A DNA stretch of 64,000 nt from Gemmatimonadaceae bacterium. Its GTDB lineage: Bacteria; Gemmatimonadota; Gemmatimonadetes; Gemmatimonadales; Gemmatimonadaceae. The position numbers and the translations under genes are program-made. Positions 1 to 9,915 of this stretch are shown here, piece by piece. Position 1 is the first letter of the stretch, and each line of letters opens with the position of its first letter. Location of the stretch: assembly GCA_044224875.1 (NCBI GenBank), contig JBGAJQ010000012.1:1-64000 (forward strand), in the 5' to 3' direction. The notes below the pieces were generated by a model. It had not been told where the DNA came from. It made no database searches and saw nothing but the letters and a program-made list of their open reading frames with translations.

Positions 1-3000
1 AACGGGACCGTGATGCCGTTCTGGCCCTGACGCGAGGCGCCGAAGCGCTCGTTCACCTGGTAGAGGTAGCGGTTGGCGAGTGGGTCAAATCCGCGCACGT
101 ACAGCAGCGTGTTGTCCTGCCCACGGAACGAACCCCAACCCCGCAGGTTGTCCGTCCCATGCAGCATCTGGTCCAGCCCGCCGATGAAGTTGTTCGTCAC
201 GATCGAGAGGGCCAGCCGTCGGTTCAAACCCCAGAACGACGGCCGGTAGTTAAGCTGGAAGTCGAGGCTCGGTTGCCACACCCCGCGACACGAGTTGCGA
301 GTCGCCACGCTGCCCATCTGCGATCGGAGACAGCTCTGGACGTCCTTGGGTGCGTCAGCCAGCAGAGTCTGCATCCCCGACTGCACCGACGGGTCCGTCG
401 CGGTTGCTGGATCGAAGACGAACGCGCGGTCATTGCGAGCGCCGTCGCCGTTGATGTCGCTGCCGACCACCGGCGTAAAGGGCGAGCCCGACGACCACCG
501 GCCGAACGCGGTCAGCTCCAACGAAAGGCTGAAGGGATAGGTGACCGTGGTGTTGATGGAGTGACGACGGTCGAAGTCGCTCCATGCCCACTCGCGAATG
601 TTCGGATTCGTCGCCGTCGACGCCAAGGTAGCGAAACTCCCGCCACCAAACCCTCCAAATCCGCCAAAGCCCCCAAACCCGCCAAAACCAGAGGATGACT
701 GGTCCTTCGAGTACGTGAGCGTGTACCCGACGTTCACCAGCGCGCCCTTTCGCGTGATGCCGCCTATCGAGAGCGTCATCTGCCGATTTGTCGACGCCAG
801 GTCGGATCCCACCGTAAGCACCTGACCGAAATTCTGGTTCACGCGGGAAGCCAGGAGCGTGGTCGTCCCGGTACCAGGGATGATTGTCCCCGCCGGCACA
901 TACACCGGACGTCCTCCTTCCTCGGCGACGGTGAATTGTGGCGTGGTATTCAGGTTCACGTCCCGATAGCCAGTCTGCGCCACACCCCTCGCATAGCTCA
1001 AGTCGAGGTTGAGGTTGTACCTGCCGAAGATGAACTTCTGCCCGCCGATCGAGGCGCGCCAAGCGCGCGGCGCAGCGAAGTCGCGGTCGAACACCTGCAC
1101 GTTGGGCCGCTGCGTGGGCACAACGCCAACGCCGCCCACGCACTCCGATGGAATGTTGTTGACGTCCGCGCCAAAGACCGACCAGTTCGGCGTCGGCACC
1201 GACGCCCCCGTACAGATCAACTGAGACTGCGCGTTCCCCAGGCCCGTGGCGCTGGCCGCCGAGGAAAAGAGGTTGGACGACACCGTGCTTCGGAACTCAC
1301 CGAATCCGCCGCGGAGAATGAAGCGCGGCGGACCGTTGTTCCCCGCCTTGAAGTAGCTGAAGCCGAGTCGCGGGCTCACGCGCACTTCACTCGGCACGAA
1401 CGACGTCTTGTATCCGAAGGCCGATTCGACGTCCGGGTTCAGCGGGGGCGCATTGCCAAAACGGCCGCCCTCGACGCGCGCCCCGAGCGTCAGCTGCACC
1501 TCGCGGGTCACGCGCCAGGAGTCGCCCAGGTACGCAGCGGCGTTCAACTGTTCGCCCTTGCGCACATTCGGCTGCAACGTGCGGGTGAAGGACGCCGGCA
1601 GGTTGTTCTCGAAGTCGGCGATCGAGTTGAACGTGAACGTTCCGAATCTATTGAACGTGACGTCCTGTTCGAATGAACTGAGGTTGAGCAGCGCCCCCAG
1701 CTTCAGCCGATGGTCGCCGGCGATCCACGACGTCTCGTTCGTGGTCTCCAGCCCGGTCGACTTGCCATCCGACGGCAGCGCGCTGTTTCCGCCGAACGAA
1801 AGACTGGCGATCGCGTTCGAGCCGTCGTCCAGTGTGGACGCCACTTGGATTCGTCCGGCTGGCAGTGTGACGAATGATCGTGCCTCGCGCTGGTTGATCG
1901 AGTAGTAGGTCTTGAACTCGTTCAGAAAGCGGCCGCCAAAGTTGGTGGTCCATGTCGCCATCAGGCCGCCGCCCCAATCCTTGGACGTTCCCCCGGTTTG
2001 TGGAAGCGACAACGTGGATACGCGCGACGGATCCTGGTTATTCCAGCGCCAGTCGCCGCGCAGCGTTAGCGAGTGGCCACCTTTCGTGAGCCAGTCCAAC
2101 CGGAATAGACCGGAGAGATTGTCCTGTGTCCGGTTGTCATTGAAGAACTCGTTTGGCGAGATGCCGAGAGCGGTCGCGGTGTTCAGGAACCTCGTGACCG
2201 AGTCCGAGGCAACGCCGAAACGGGACAGCGTGGATGCATCCGAGTTCAACAGGCTTGGCAGGACGTCGTCCCGGCGACGCAACTGCATCGCCGCAAAGGC
2301 GAACACGTTGTCCTTGATGATGGGAAAGCCGAATCCACCCGACAGCTGATTCTGCGTGTAGCCCTGCGCCAAGGGCGAGGGATCACCGCCGTCCACGGTG
2401 AGTGACTGATCGCGCAGGGAGTAAGAGAAGTTGCCTTGCGGTGTGTTCGAACCGCCGCGCGTGGTCGATGAAATCAAACCGCCCGAGAACTGTCCGCGCG
2501 CCACGTCATAGGTACTCGTGATTACGCGGGTACTGCGCACCGCCTCCTGCGGCACCGACGATGCGCCGAATGACACCCCGTCCAGCGTAACGTTGTTCGC
2601 GTCCGGGCGCATGCCAGCCACCGAGAACGAACCGCCGGTGGAGTCGCTGGAACTGATGGAGACGACGCCGGGCGCGGTGAGCGCGAGCTGCTGCAAGTCG
2701 CTCGCGTCGATCGGCAGACGCGCTGCCTGATCCGTACTCATGGCGCGTTCTGTTGAACCTGGCGTCGGACGTTCAAACGCCCCGGCCGCTGGCGCCTGAC
2801 GAGCCGCGATGGTCACACCAGCAATCTGCGTGACGTTCTGTCGCAACACCGCGTTCGCGATCAGCCGATCCTCGTCCGCCTGACGCTGCACGTTCATGAC
2901 GGTCGGCGCCTTGCCGAGGAGCCTAATGGTGACGCGGTACTGGCCACCGCCATCAGGAAACAGGACCGTGTACTTCCCTTGCGCGTTCGTGCGCGCTCGG

Positions 3001-3206
3001 CGCGTCACGTTGGACTCGACGGACATGACCTCGACGGTCGCGCCGTCCACCGGCGTCCCAGCCTCGTCTTTGACGACGCCCGTGATGATGTCCGTTGTGG
3101 CGCCGATCTGCGCGCGCAGTTCAGTCGGATGAACACACAACACAAGAACAAAGGCGAGGAAGCCGAGGGCTCCCAGTACGTATCGCCTGGAATTTCGAAG
3201 TGACAC
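1..3206 (-). CDS. Outer-membrane beta-barrel / TonB-dependent-receptor-like protein with N-terminal carboxypeptidase-regulatory-like domain (3' end runs off the window)
   Basis: Absent from the ORF track because no stop lies in the window. Manual minus-strand translation from GTG 3206 gives a signal peptide (MSLRNSRRYVLGALGFLAFVLVLCVHPTELRAQ), then IGATTDIITGVVKDEAGTPVDGATVEV, plug-like NNVTLDG and YDVARGQFSGG. The frame at position 5 matches (YLYQVNERFG). Confidence 0.8.
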   Translation of the reverse strand, partial: MSLRNSRRYVLGALGFLAFVLVLCVHPTELRAQIGATTDIITGVVKDEAGTPVDGATVEVMSVESNVTRRARTNAQGKYTVLFPDGGGQYRVTIRLLGKAPTVMNVQRQADEDRLIANAVLRQNVTQIAGVTIAARQAPAAGAFERPTPGSTERAMSTDQAARLPIDASDLQQLALTAPGVVSISSSDSTGGSFSVAGMRPDANNVTLDGVSFGASSVPQEAVRSTRVITSTYDVARGQFSGGLISSTTRGGSNTPQGNFSYSLRDQSLTVDGGDPSPLAQGYTQNQLSGGFGFPIIKDNVFAFAAMQLRRRDDVLPSLLNSDASTLSRFGVASDSVTRFLNTATALGISPNEFFNDNRTQDNLSGLFRLDWLTKGGHSLTLRGDWRWNNQDPSRVSTLSLPQTGGTSKDWGGGLMATWTTNFGGRFLNEFKTYYSINQREARSFVTLPAGRIQVASTLDDGSNAIASLSFGGNSALPSDGKSTGLETTNETSWIAGDHRLKLGALLNLSSFEQDVTFNRFGTFTFNSIADFENNLPASFTRTLQPNVRKGEQLNAAAYLGDSWRVTREVQLTLGARVEGGRFGNAPPLNPDVESAFGYKTSFVPSEVRVSPRLGFSYFKAGNNGPPRFILRGGFGEFRSTVSSNLFSSAASATGLGNAQSQLICTGASVPTPNWSVFGADVNNIPSECVGGVGVVPTQRPNVQVFDRDFAAPRAWRASIGGQKFIFGRYNLNLDLSYARGVAQTGYRDVNLNTTPQFTVAEEGGRPVYVPAGTIIPGTGTTTLLASRVNQNFGQVLTVGSDLASTNRQMTLSIGGITRKGALVNVGYTLTYSKDQSSSGFGGFGGFGGFGGFGGGSFATLASTATNPNIREWAWSDFDRRHSINTTVTYPFSLSLELTAFGRWSSGSPFTPVVGSDINGDGARNDRAFVFDPATATDPSVQSGMQTLLADAPKDVQSCLRSQMGSVATRNSCRGVWQPSLDFQLNYRPSFWGLNRRLALSIVTNNFIGGLDQMLHGTDNLRGWGSFRGQDNTLLYVRGFDPLANRYLYQVNERFGASRQGQNGITVP
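642..690 (-). repeat. Gly-Phe-Gly (FGG)x5 low-complexity tract inside the barrel protein
   Basis: Minus strand reads GFGGFGGFGGFGGFGG with synonymous codon variation between units. Confidence 0.8.
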
Positions 3207-3595
3207 TGGACCCGCCGGAGTGGAGATTGCTTTGTCCGGGTGCCGCGAGTGATACGCCCGCGACCCGCGACTTGGTAAACGCCCAACTAGCGTAGAGCGT
3301 TGCCATGCCCGTGAAGCCGCATGACAATGCAGGGATGGCGTAGGCTGCTGGAACGTAACAACTTGCAGCCGACCCCGACCGCGCGTCCCGAGCAGTTGGG
3401 CAGGTGGCCCGCGGGGCGATTCGGTGATCAGCGGTGAACGACCGCTTATTGGCCTTGCCCGATCTCGGACGGCCCGCCGCCCAGTCCACGACGATGGATT
3501 CCCCTCCGCATCCCGCGCCTCGCCAATTCGACAGTGGCGCTGTCGTCTTTGCGGTTCCGACAGGCCCGGCGGTCGTCAGATCGACAGAACTGGGT

Positions 3596-3611
3596 CGGCA
3601 TGGGCACTGCA
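3596..3611 (+). promoter_or_regulatory. Candidate sigma-54 (-24/-12) promoter for the Hsp20 gene
   Basis: CGGCATGGGCACTGCA has GG-N10-GC spacing and lies about 70 nt upstream of ATG 3682. Confidence 0.35.
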
Positions 3612-3681
3612 CATCGTGACGTGCGAGTGCGCGGCGAACACGTGCTGCGTCAACTGCCAATCGTATCCGGAGGATCAATCC

Positions 3682-4146
3682 ATGATCACTACACTGCCTA
3701 TCAATTCGATGCTGGACCGCATGGTGACACTGAGCCGCGCCATGGATGAGGCGTTCCAGAAGGAATCGCCTGTCGGGAACGCGCGAGCGACCTATTGGGT
3801 GCCTTCCCTCGATGCCTGGGAAACCGAGCAGGCGTTCGTTGTAGCCGTGGACCTGCCCGGGGTGAATGCCGAACAAGTGGACGTTGCGTTCGAGAAGAAC
3901 ACGCTGACGATTGCCGGCACTCGCGAGCAGCAGTTGAAGGCGCCAGAGGCGGGTGAGCTGCGCGTCTTCTCGGCCGAACGTGCGGTTGGTGCGTTCTCGC
4001 GGTCCCTTCGTTTCCCACAGTACGTCGAAGGCGACAAGATTTCAGCGAAGTTCAATCGTGGAGTGCTGACGGTGACGGTGCCGAAGGCCGAGGCAGCGAA
4101 GCCGCGAAAGATCACGGTCGGCGTGCCGGTGGCCGCGCAGGCCTAA
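3682..4146 (+). CDS. Hsp20/alpha-crystallin small heat-shock protein
   Basis: WVPSLDAWET, DLPGV, ERAVGAFSRSLRFP, GVLTVTVPK; GGAGGA RBS before ATG 3682. Confidence 0.93.
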   Translation: MITTLPINSMLDRMVTLSRAMDEAFQKESPVGNARATYWVPSLDAWETEQAFVVAVDLPGVNAEQVDVAFEKNTLTIAGTREQQLKAPEAGELRVFSAERAVGAFSRSLRFPQYVEGDKISAKFNRGVLTVTVPKAEAAKPRKITVGVPVAAQA

Positions 4147-4274
4147 CGCGTGCTCTTGGATGGTGGCGCCGGGCAGTTCTCCCGGCGCCGCTCCTCCACG
4201 CTCTCAGCACTCGTACTCGGGGTCTCGATCCTCGAACGCATGTGCGAAACCGCGGAGCGAGAGGCGCCGAGTGG

Positions 4275-6395
4275 TCAGCGCGTGGCACGGGGATGAGACG
4301 TTGCCGAGATGCGTGCACCAAACCAGATGGTGCGCCCAGCGCCGGACTCGAAAAAGCGGCTACGTGCGGCATTGGTGACGATGTTCGCGGCGTAGTGCCG
4401 ATCGGTCACGTTGTCGACGCCGACAGAGGGTTCGATGCCGAAGCGGTCACCCCAATGCAGGTTGGTGCGCACGTTCAGGAGTGAGTAGGCGGGCGCAAAG
4501 TTCAAGTTCGCGTCATCCGCCGCCGTCTTGGCGGCGTGTTGCCACTCGATCGCCGTCACTCCCCAGCGAGCCCGCGCGCTGGCGAAGGCCGACCAGGTCA
4601 CTGGTGCCACACCGGGTACGTGGTTGCCGTTATACGAGGTGCCCGTGACCACGTAGTCGTCGTATCGGTAACGGATCGCGTTCCAGCTCCCGCCTAACGT
4701 GACGGGGCCGGCGTCGCCAGACAGCGCCATTTCGGCGCCCCGACGTGAGGTCACGCCGGCGTTGCGGAAGAAACGGCGCCCGTTGCTGTTCGGGATCTCG
4801 AACGGAATGAGTTCATCCACCGTGCGTACGTGAAACAGTGCGACATCATAGCGAAGTCTCGCGGCGAGGATGCCCTTGGCTCCAGCTTCCACGGTGCGTC
4901 CCCGTTGCGGCTGCAGCTGAGTGTTCAGGCCACCGCTTCCATCCGGCTGGTTCGCGAGTTCCGTCGTGGTCGGTGTCTCGAAGGATTCGGCATAGTTGAT
5001 GTAGAGACTCGCGAGGGGACGCAGGCGCCAGTTGAAGCCGACCATGGGGGTGGTTGCTCCCACCGTACGTGTTGGCGCCACCGCCACGCCCGCCGACGCC
5101 GGTCGGAGTTCCAACACGGAGAACCTCGTCCGGTCCACGCGCAACGCGGCAGACAGTGCGACCGTCGGTGCGAGCTGCGCTTCCCCGCGCGCGTACGTTC
5201 CGGCACTCGTGACACGCTCCAACTGATTCAGCGTGATAGAGCCACGATCGGCAGCGGTCGGGCAAAGCACCGGCGTGCGCTGCGCGCCTGTGAGTCCGGC
5301 GCAGTTGTTGTAGTTGGCGCGGTTGTCGCGCTGCGTGAGTACGTCCGCTCCCGCCGTGAGGCGAACCGGCAGACGACCGGCGAACGCATAGTTGCCCCGC
5401 AGCGACCCGCCGCGGAGCGACCGATCGAACGCGACGATCGCAAACGCCTGAGGGTTGTCGAGTTGTCGCGTCCCACCGAACACGGATGCGGTCACGTCAC
5501 CGCCGCCCAGGTCGCGTTGTGCGGAGAGCGAGATCAGGGTTTGACGCACGCTCTTGGAGGCATGCTTACGCACATTCTGAGCGTCGGCCACCGTAAAGGC
5601 GGAGTCGAGTTCGGCGAGGGTCAATGCGCCGGGGTTTTCGGCACGGGGCGCATCATAGCGCGTGACCTGAGCCTGCCATTGGGCGCCGCCTAACGACCAT
5701 CGACCGTCGAGAAACCCCGAATTGGACGAGAAGGCGGAGTAGTCGCGTGGTCCATCGCCGTAGTTGCGCGTCACGACGCCCTGCCAGCGTCCGAAGGGGG
5801 TGGCAGCACCTCCCGACACCGAGCCGCGCACGATCCCGTCGGCATTGACCATGCGAAGCTGCGCGCGGGCGCCGTTGGCCGGGGGAGGCGGCGTACGAAA
5901 GTCGACTACACCGCCTGACGAGTTCCCGTACAAAGCGCCAGCGCTGCCGCGCAATACCTCAGCTCCGTCAATCGTTTCCAAGTCAAGCAGGTCTACCGCC
6001 GTCTGCCCGTCAGCGAGTGTCAGGGGAATGCCATCACGAAGAATCCGAACGCCCCGGATTCCAAATGCCGACCGCGCGCCAAAGCCACGCACCGACAGGC
6101 GAGGATCCTGCGTCGGATTGTAACGTGTTGATGCCGTCAGCCCGGGAATACCAAAGAGCAGCTCCGTCAGGTTCGCTCGTCGAATTCCGATTCGATTCGT
6201 ATTCGCGTCAACACGCGAAACTGCGAACGGCAAGTCGAGTGGTGGGCGAGCGACGTCGCGCGTGACCGTGACGCGCACAGGTGCGAGTCGCGTCTGCGAG
6301 CTGTCCTGTGCCGCCACGGCAATTGGGACGAGCGCCAGCGCCACGAGCGAGCCGATCGGCAGGTTGATGGTGTCTAACGATGGAAATCGATGCAC
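4275..6395 (-). CDS. TonB-dependent receptor, YncD/PqqU-like
   Basis: Plug motif RLSVRGFGARSAFGIRGVRILRDGIPLTLADGQ, EVLRGSAGALYGNSSGGVV, FETPTTTEL. Start uncertain (ORF extends to 6482). Confidence 0.85.
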   Translation of the reverse strand: MHRFPSLDTINLPIGSLVALALVPIAVAAQDSSQTRLAPVRVTVTRDVARPPLDLPFAVSRVDANTNRIGIRRANLTELLFGIPGLTASTRYNPTQDPRLSVRGFGARSAFGIRGVRILRDGIPLTLADGQTAVDLLDLETIDGAEVLRGSAGALYGNSSGGVVDFRTPPPPANGARAQLRMVNADGIVRGSVSGGAATPFGRWQGVVTRNYGDGPRDYSAFSSNSGFLDGRWSLGGAQWQAQVTRYDAPRAENPGALTLAELDSAFTVADAQNVRKHASKSVRQTLISLSAQRDLGGGDVTASVFGGTRQLDNPQAFAIVAFDRSLRGGSLRGNYAFAGRLPVRLTAGADVLTQRDNRANYNNCAGLTGAQRTPVLCPTAADRGSITLNQLERVTSAGTYARGEAQLAPTVALSAALRVDRTRFSVLELRPASAGVAVAPTRTVGATTPMVGFNWRLRPLASLYINYAESFETPTTTELANQPDGSGGLNTQLQPQRGRTVEAGAKGILAARLRYDVALFHVRTVDELIPFEIPNSNGRRFFRNAGVTSRRGAEMALSGDAGPVTLGGSWNAIRYRYDDYVVTGTSYNGNHVPGVAPVTWSAFASARARWGVTAIEWQHAAKTAADDANLNFAPAYSLLNVRTNLHWGDRFGIEPSVGVDNVTDRHYAANIVTNAARSRFFESGAGRTIWFGARISATSHPRATR

Positions 6396-6587
6396 AGCAC
6401 GAAACGTGAAGTCGGGGATCACTGCAGTCGAGACTAGTCTCTGGCGAGTTAATGCGGTGTTGCGTGATTTCGCTGCACTCACGCGATGGAACTCCTCGTC
6501 CCACTCGGTGATACGATGGTCGAACGCAGCGCGGCCGTCACTCTCTCGTACAAGCCAGCGCGCTTTGGAATACAGCGGAGCCGTCCC

Positions 6588-7220
6588 ATGTTGATCAAGA
6601 CGTCAGTTGCCCCTCCAACCCACGCACCGGTCGACCGCGAAGAAGGAAGCGTGGCGCGGATCGTCCGGTCCTATAGTGTCGCGCTGACGGGGCGCTCGCG
6701 ACAAACGCAGGGTGCAGGCTTCGTGTGGCGTCACGACGGCATCATCATCACCACGGCGCACGCGGCAAAGGACTCGCGGCTTTCCGTGCGGCTCTATGAC
6801 AATCGAGTGGTGGAGGGCCGAGTGGTGGCGAGGGACCGGCTCAGTGACCTGGCCATGGTCGTGACACAAGCGCGCGGTCTCTTGATCGCTCCGGTCGGTG
6901 ACCCGTGGGCGCTCCGAACCGGGTCGATCGTCCTCTCGATCGAGCACACCAGGGAGACGAATGGCCAGCTGTCTCTTGGCCTGGTGCACGGAGTTACAAA
7001 CGACGACGACAAGGATCCCGTGTGGCTAGCCACGGACATGCGGTTGGCCCTGCGCGACATGGGGTCGCCGTTGGTCGACACGTCGGCGCGGGTACTAGGG
7101 GTCAACTCCGCTACCGTCAACGGGTTAACCGCTGCTATCCCAAGCAACGTGATCGTCGAGTTTGTGCGAGAGGTGGAGGACGAGGGGTTGATTCCCAAAC
7201 GGGTCTCCCTCGCCGCCTGA
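6588..7220 (+). CDS. Trypsin-like (S1C/HtrA-type) protease domain protein, no PDZ; catalytic Ser apparently replaced
   Basis: GAGFVW..DGIIITTAH and DLAMV are present. The usual GNSGGP position reads RDMGSP. Confidence 0.75.
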   Translation: MLIKTSVAPPTHAPVDREEGSVARIVRSYSVALTGRSRQTQGAGFVWRHDGIIITTAHAAKDSRLSVRLYDNRVVEGRVVARDRLSDLAMVVTQARGLLIAPVGDPWALRTGSIVLSIEHTRETNGQLSLGLVHGVTNDDDKDPVWLATDMRLALRDMGSPLVDTSARVLGVNSATVNGLTAAIPSNVIVEFVREVEDEGLIPKRVSLAA

Positions 7221-7296
7221 TCGGCCCCGGTAGGTCATTCAAACGCCTCAGGTGTGCGCGGTGTCATACCAGCGCACGTTCACCTTGAGGCTTTCA

Positions 7297-8211
7297 ATGA
7301 AACGTCTGTTGCTCGCCGCTGCCCTGACCGGCATTGCCGCGACCGGTGCAAATGCGCAGGGAATTGTCGGACGTCGCGAGTCGACCTTCAACATCAGCGA
7401 GAAGATCAGCAGCGGCGGCTGGCTGCGGCTCGCTTCGCCAAACGGCGACATCACGATCTCCGAAGGTAGTGGCGACAAGATCGAGATTCGGGCGGAAAAG
7501 GTCATACGACGCGGATCGGTCGAGGATGTCGGCTTCGTCATACATCGCAGTTCGGATGAGCTTGTGGTGTGCGCCGTATATGAGGACGAAGACGAGTGCG
7601 ACGAGGACGGCAGCTATCACTCGAACCGAGATGGATGGCGGCGATGGCGGAATGGCGGACAGCCGCGCGTGAATTTTTCCGTGCGCATTCCAGCCGGCGT
7701 TCGGGTCAAGGCGGGCAGCGGCAACGGGGACGTGAGCATTACGGGTGGCGGGAATGAAGTCACTGCGTCCACCGGCAACGGACGAGTGAACGTCTCGGGT
7801 ACCAGTGGAGAGGTGAACGCCTCCACCGGGAATGGGCGGGTGACCGTGGAGGGCGCCAAGGGTCCGGTGAGCGCGTCCACTGGGAACGGCGACGTGCGGG
7901 TCACCACCTCGTTAGGCCCAGTGACCGCATCGTCAGGGAACGGTGACATCGAGGTCGCCATGGACCGGTTGGAGTCGTCCCGAACCATGCAGTTCTCGAC
8001 CGGCAATGGGAGGATCATCGTTACGGTACCGGAGGATTTCGGTGCTGAGCTGGATGGGAATACCGGAAGTGGCTCCATCTCGAGTGATTTTCCAATCCAG
8101 GTCCGAGGCCGCCTGAACCCAACGCGCATTCGCGGCACGATCGGCAAGGGGGGTGGTCGCCTGGTGATGAGTTCAGGCAACGGCAACCTGGAGATCCGGA
8201 AGCGCGCATAG
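7297..8211 (+). CDS. Secreted DUF4097-like beta-strand-repeat (adhesin-like) protein
   Basis: Signal peptide MKRLLLAAALTGIAATGANA; repeated ASTGNGxV units; C-terminal SSGNGNLEIRK. Confidence 0.85.
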   Translation: MKRLLLAAALTGIAATGANAQGIVGRRESTFNISEKISSGGWLRLASPNGDITISEGSGDKIEIRAEKVIRRGSVEDVGFVIHRSSDELVVCAVYEDEDECDEDGSYHSNRDGWRRWRNGGQPRVNFSVRIPAGVRVKAGSGNGDVSITGGGNEVTASTGNGRVNVSGTSGEVNASTGNGRVTVEGAKGPVSASTGNGDVRVTTSLGPVTASSGNGDIEVAMDRLESSRTMQFSTGNGRIIVTVPEDFGAELDGNTGSGSISSDFPIQVRGRLNPTRIRGTIGKGGGRLVMSSGNGNLEIRKRA

Positions 8212-8231
8212 CACCATCGCAAGATTCACAC

Positions 8232-8267
8232 GCCGCCCACTGCCCTGCGGTGGGCGGCTTTGTTTTT
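8232..8267 (+). terminator. Rho-independent terminator
   Basis: Perfect 9-bp stem GCCGCCCAC/GTGGGCGGC followed by TTTGTTTTT, 20 nt after the stop at 8211. Confidence 0.8.
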
Positions 8268-8327
8268 CAGAGCGCCGTTTCGGCGATTGGACAGGTGCGG
8301 TAGGTTCCACGCTGTCCATTCGACCTG

Positions 8328-9911
8328 ATGACGATGCGCTCACTCCTGTCTCGTTCCCTGCTTGTTGTTTCGGCAGCCTCCACGGCAACTGTCTCGCACC
8401 TCGGCGCCCAGACCGGGGAGGCAGCGGCGGCACGCGCTTCGGCGCGGACGTATCGGCAGCAGCATGAGGCAGCGATACTGCGTGAGTATCGCGATTTGCT
8501 TTCGATGCCTAACGTGGCGTCCGACTTGCCCAACATCCGTCGCAACGCGGCCTTCCTACTGGAGATGCTGAGGCGGCGAGGGGCGACTGCCCGGCTCCTT
8601 GAATTGGCAGATGCTCCGCCCGCGGTCTTTGGCGAAATCAAGACGCCGGGCGCCACCCGAACACTGGTGCTGTACGCGCATTACGACGGTCAGCCGGTCG
8701 TTCCCTCGCAGTGGGCCGGCGCGCCCTTCACTCCCATCATGCGCGACAAGGCGCTGTATCAGGGTGGCAAGGAAATTCCATTCCCCAACGACGGCGATCG
8801 CACGAACGGGGACTGGCGCATCTACGGTCGGTCGGCCAGCGACGACAAGCTGTCCATCATCACCATGCTCAGCGCGCTGGACGCCATGAAGGCTGGCGGC
8901 CACGCCGCCTCCGTCAACCTCAAGTTCTTCTTTGAGGGAGAGGAAGAAGCGGGTTCGGGCCACCTCAAGGCGATTCTCGAGCGATACCGTGACGTGCTGG
9001 CCGGCGAGGCGTGGATCTTCTGCGATGGACTCGTGCACCAGAGCGGCACGCCGCAGGTGATCTACGGCCTGCGTGGGGTCACGGGATTGGAGCTGACGGT
9101 GTATGGCCCCACCCGGCCGCTACATAGTGGTCACTACGGTAACTGGGCTCCCAACCCGGGAGTCATGATCGCGAACCTCATCGCGTCTATGCGCGACGAT
9201 GACGGCCACATCAAGATCGCCGGCTTCTACGACGATGTCCGCCCGATTTCTGATGTCGAGCGCAAGGCCATCGCCGAGTTGCCCCCGGTCGACTCGGCGC
9301 TCCGTGCCTCACTCGGGTTGGCGCGTACCGAAGCCGGAAACGCGCCACTCGCTGAACGCATCATGGTGCCGGCCCTGAACGTGCGAGGTATACGCGTTGG
9401 TGGGGTGCAGGAGAGTGGCGCGAACGTGATTTCGACCGAGGCGTTCGCGTCTTTCGATTTCCGGCTCGTGCCAGCACAGACACCCGAGCGTGTGCGCGAG
9501 CTCGTAGAACGACACATCGCCGCTCAGGGGTACTTCATCGCGCACGACAGCGTGGACCTGGCCACGCGACTCGCTCATCCCCGAATCGCGCGCCTCCAGT
9601 GGGAGAGTGGGTACCCCGCGCAACGCACTCCGTTGGACGATCCCTTCGGCAATGCCGTGGCCACCGCTGCGTCGGCTGGTGCACCCGGCTCGTTGGTGAG
9701 CGCGCCAACGCTGGGCGGCAGCGGGCCGAGCTACTTGTTCACCGCAGTCCTCGGCGTTCCCGTGGTGACCCTGTCGATAGCGAATTTCGACAACAACCAG
9801 CATGCGGCCAACGAAAACCTGCGCCTGCAGAACCTGTGGGATGGTATTGAGCTGTACGCTGCCCTGATGACGGGGATCGGGCGCGCGTGGACCACACGAG
9901 TCGTGCCGTAA
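8328..9911 (+). CDS. Secreted M20/M25/M40 family metallopeptidase
   Basis: YAHYDGQP, GRSASDDK, EGEEEAGS, LHSGHYG, NQHAANENL; signal peptide. Confidence 0.9.
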   Translation: MTMRSLLSRSLLVVSAASTATVSHLGAQTGEAAAARASARTYRQQHEAAILREYRDLLSMPNVASDLPNIRRNAAFLLEMLRRRGATARLLELADAPPAVFGEIKTPGATRTLVLYAHYDGQPVVPSQWAGAPFTPIMRDKALYQGGKEIPFPNDGDRTNGDWRIYGRSASDDKLSIITMLSALDAMKAGGHAASVNLKFFFEGEEEAGSGHLKAILERYRDVLAGEAWIFCDGLVHQSGTPQVIYGLRGVTGLELTVYGPTRPLHSGHYGNWAPNPGVMIANLIASMRDDDGHIKIAGFYDDVRPISDVERKAIAELPPVDSALRASLGLARTEAGNAPLAERIMVPALNVRGIRVGGVQESGANVISTEAFASFDFRLVPAQTPERVRELVERHIAAQGYFIAHDSVDLATRLAHPRIARLQWESGYPAQRTPLDDPFGNAVATAASAGAPGSLVSAPTLGGSGPSYLFTAVLGVPVVTLSIANFDNNQHAANENLRLQNLWDGIELYAALMTGIGRAWTTRVVP

Positions 9912-9915
9912 GTCG

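Noticed and set aside
159..3132. Plus-strand ORFs in the track (e.g. 936-1676) and similar long antisense ORFs elsewhere (12009-13121, 22495-23535, 31549-32637, 58370-59401)
   Set aside because: Shadow ORFs opposite well-supported genes in high-GC DNA, with no recognisable motifs.
3601..3660. CIRCE/HrcA operator upstream of hsp20
   Set aside because: Half-site-like GGCACT, GAGTGC and ACTGCCAA are present but not arranged as the 9-9-9 inverted repeat.
7720..8200. Recurrent ACCGGCAACGG-like units as a DNA repeat array or CRISPR
   Set aside because: They are degenerate codons for the STGNG protein repeats of the DUF4097-like gene, with no identical repeats or spacers.
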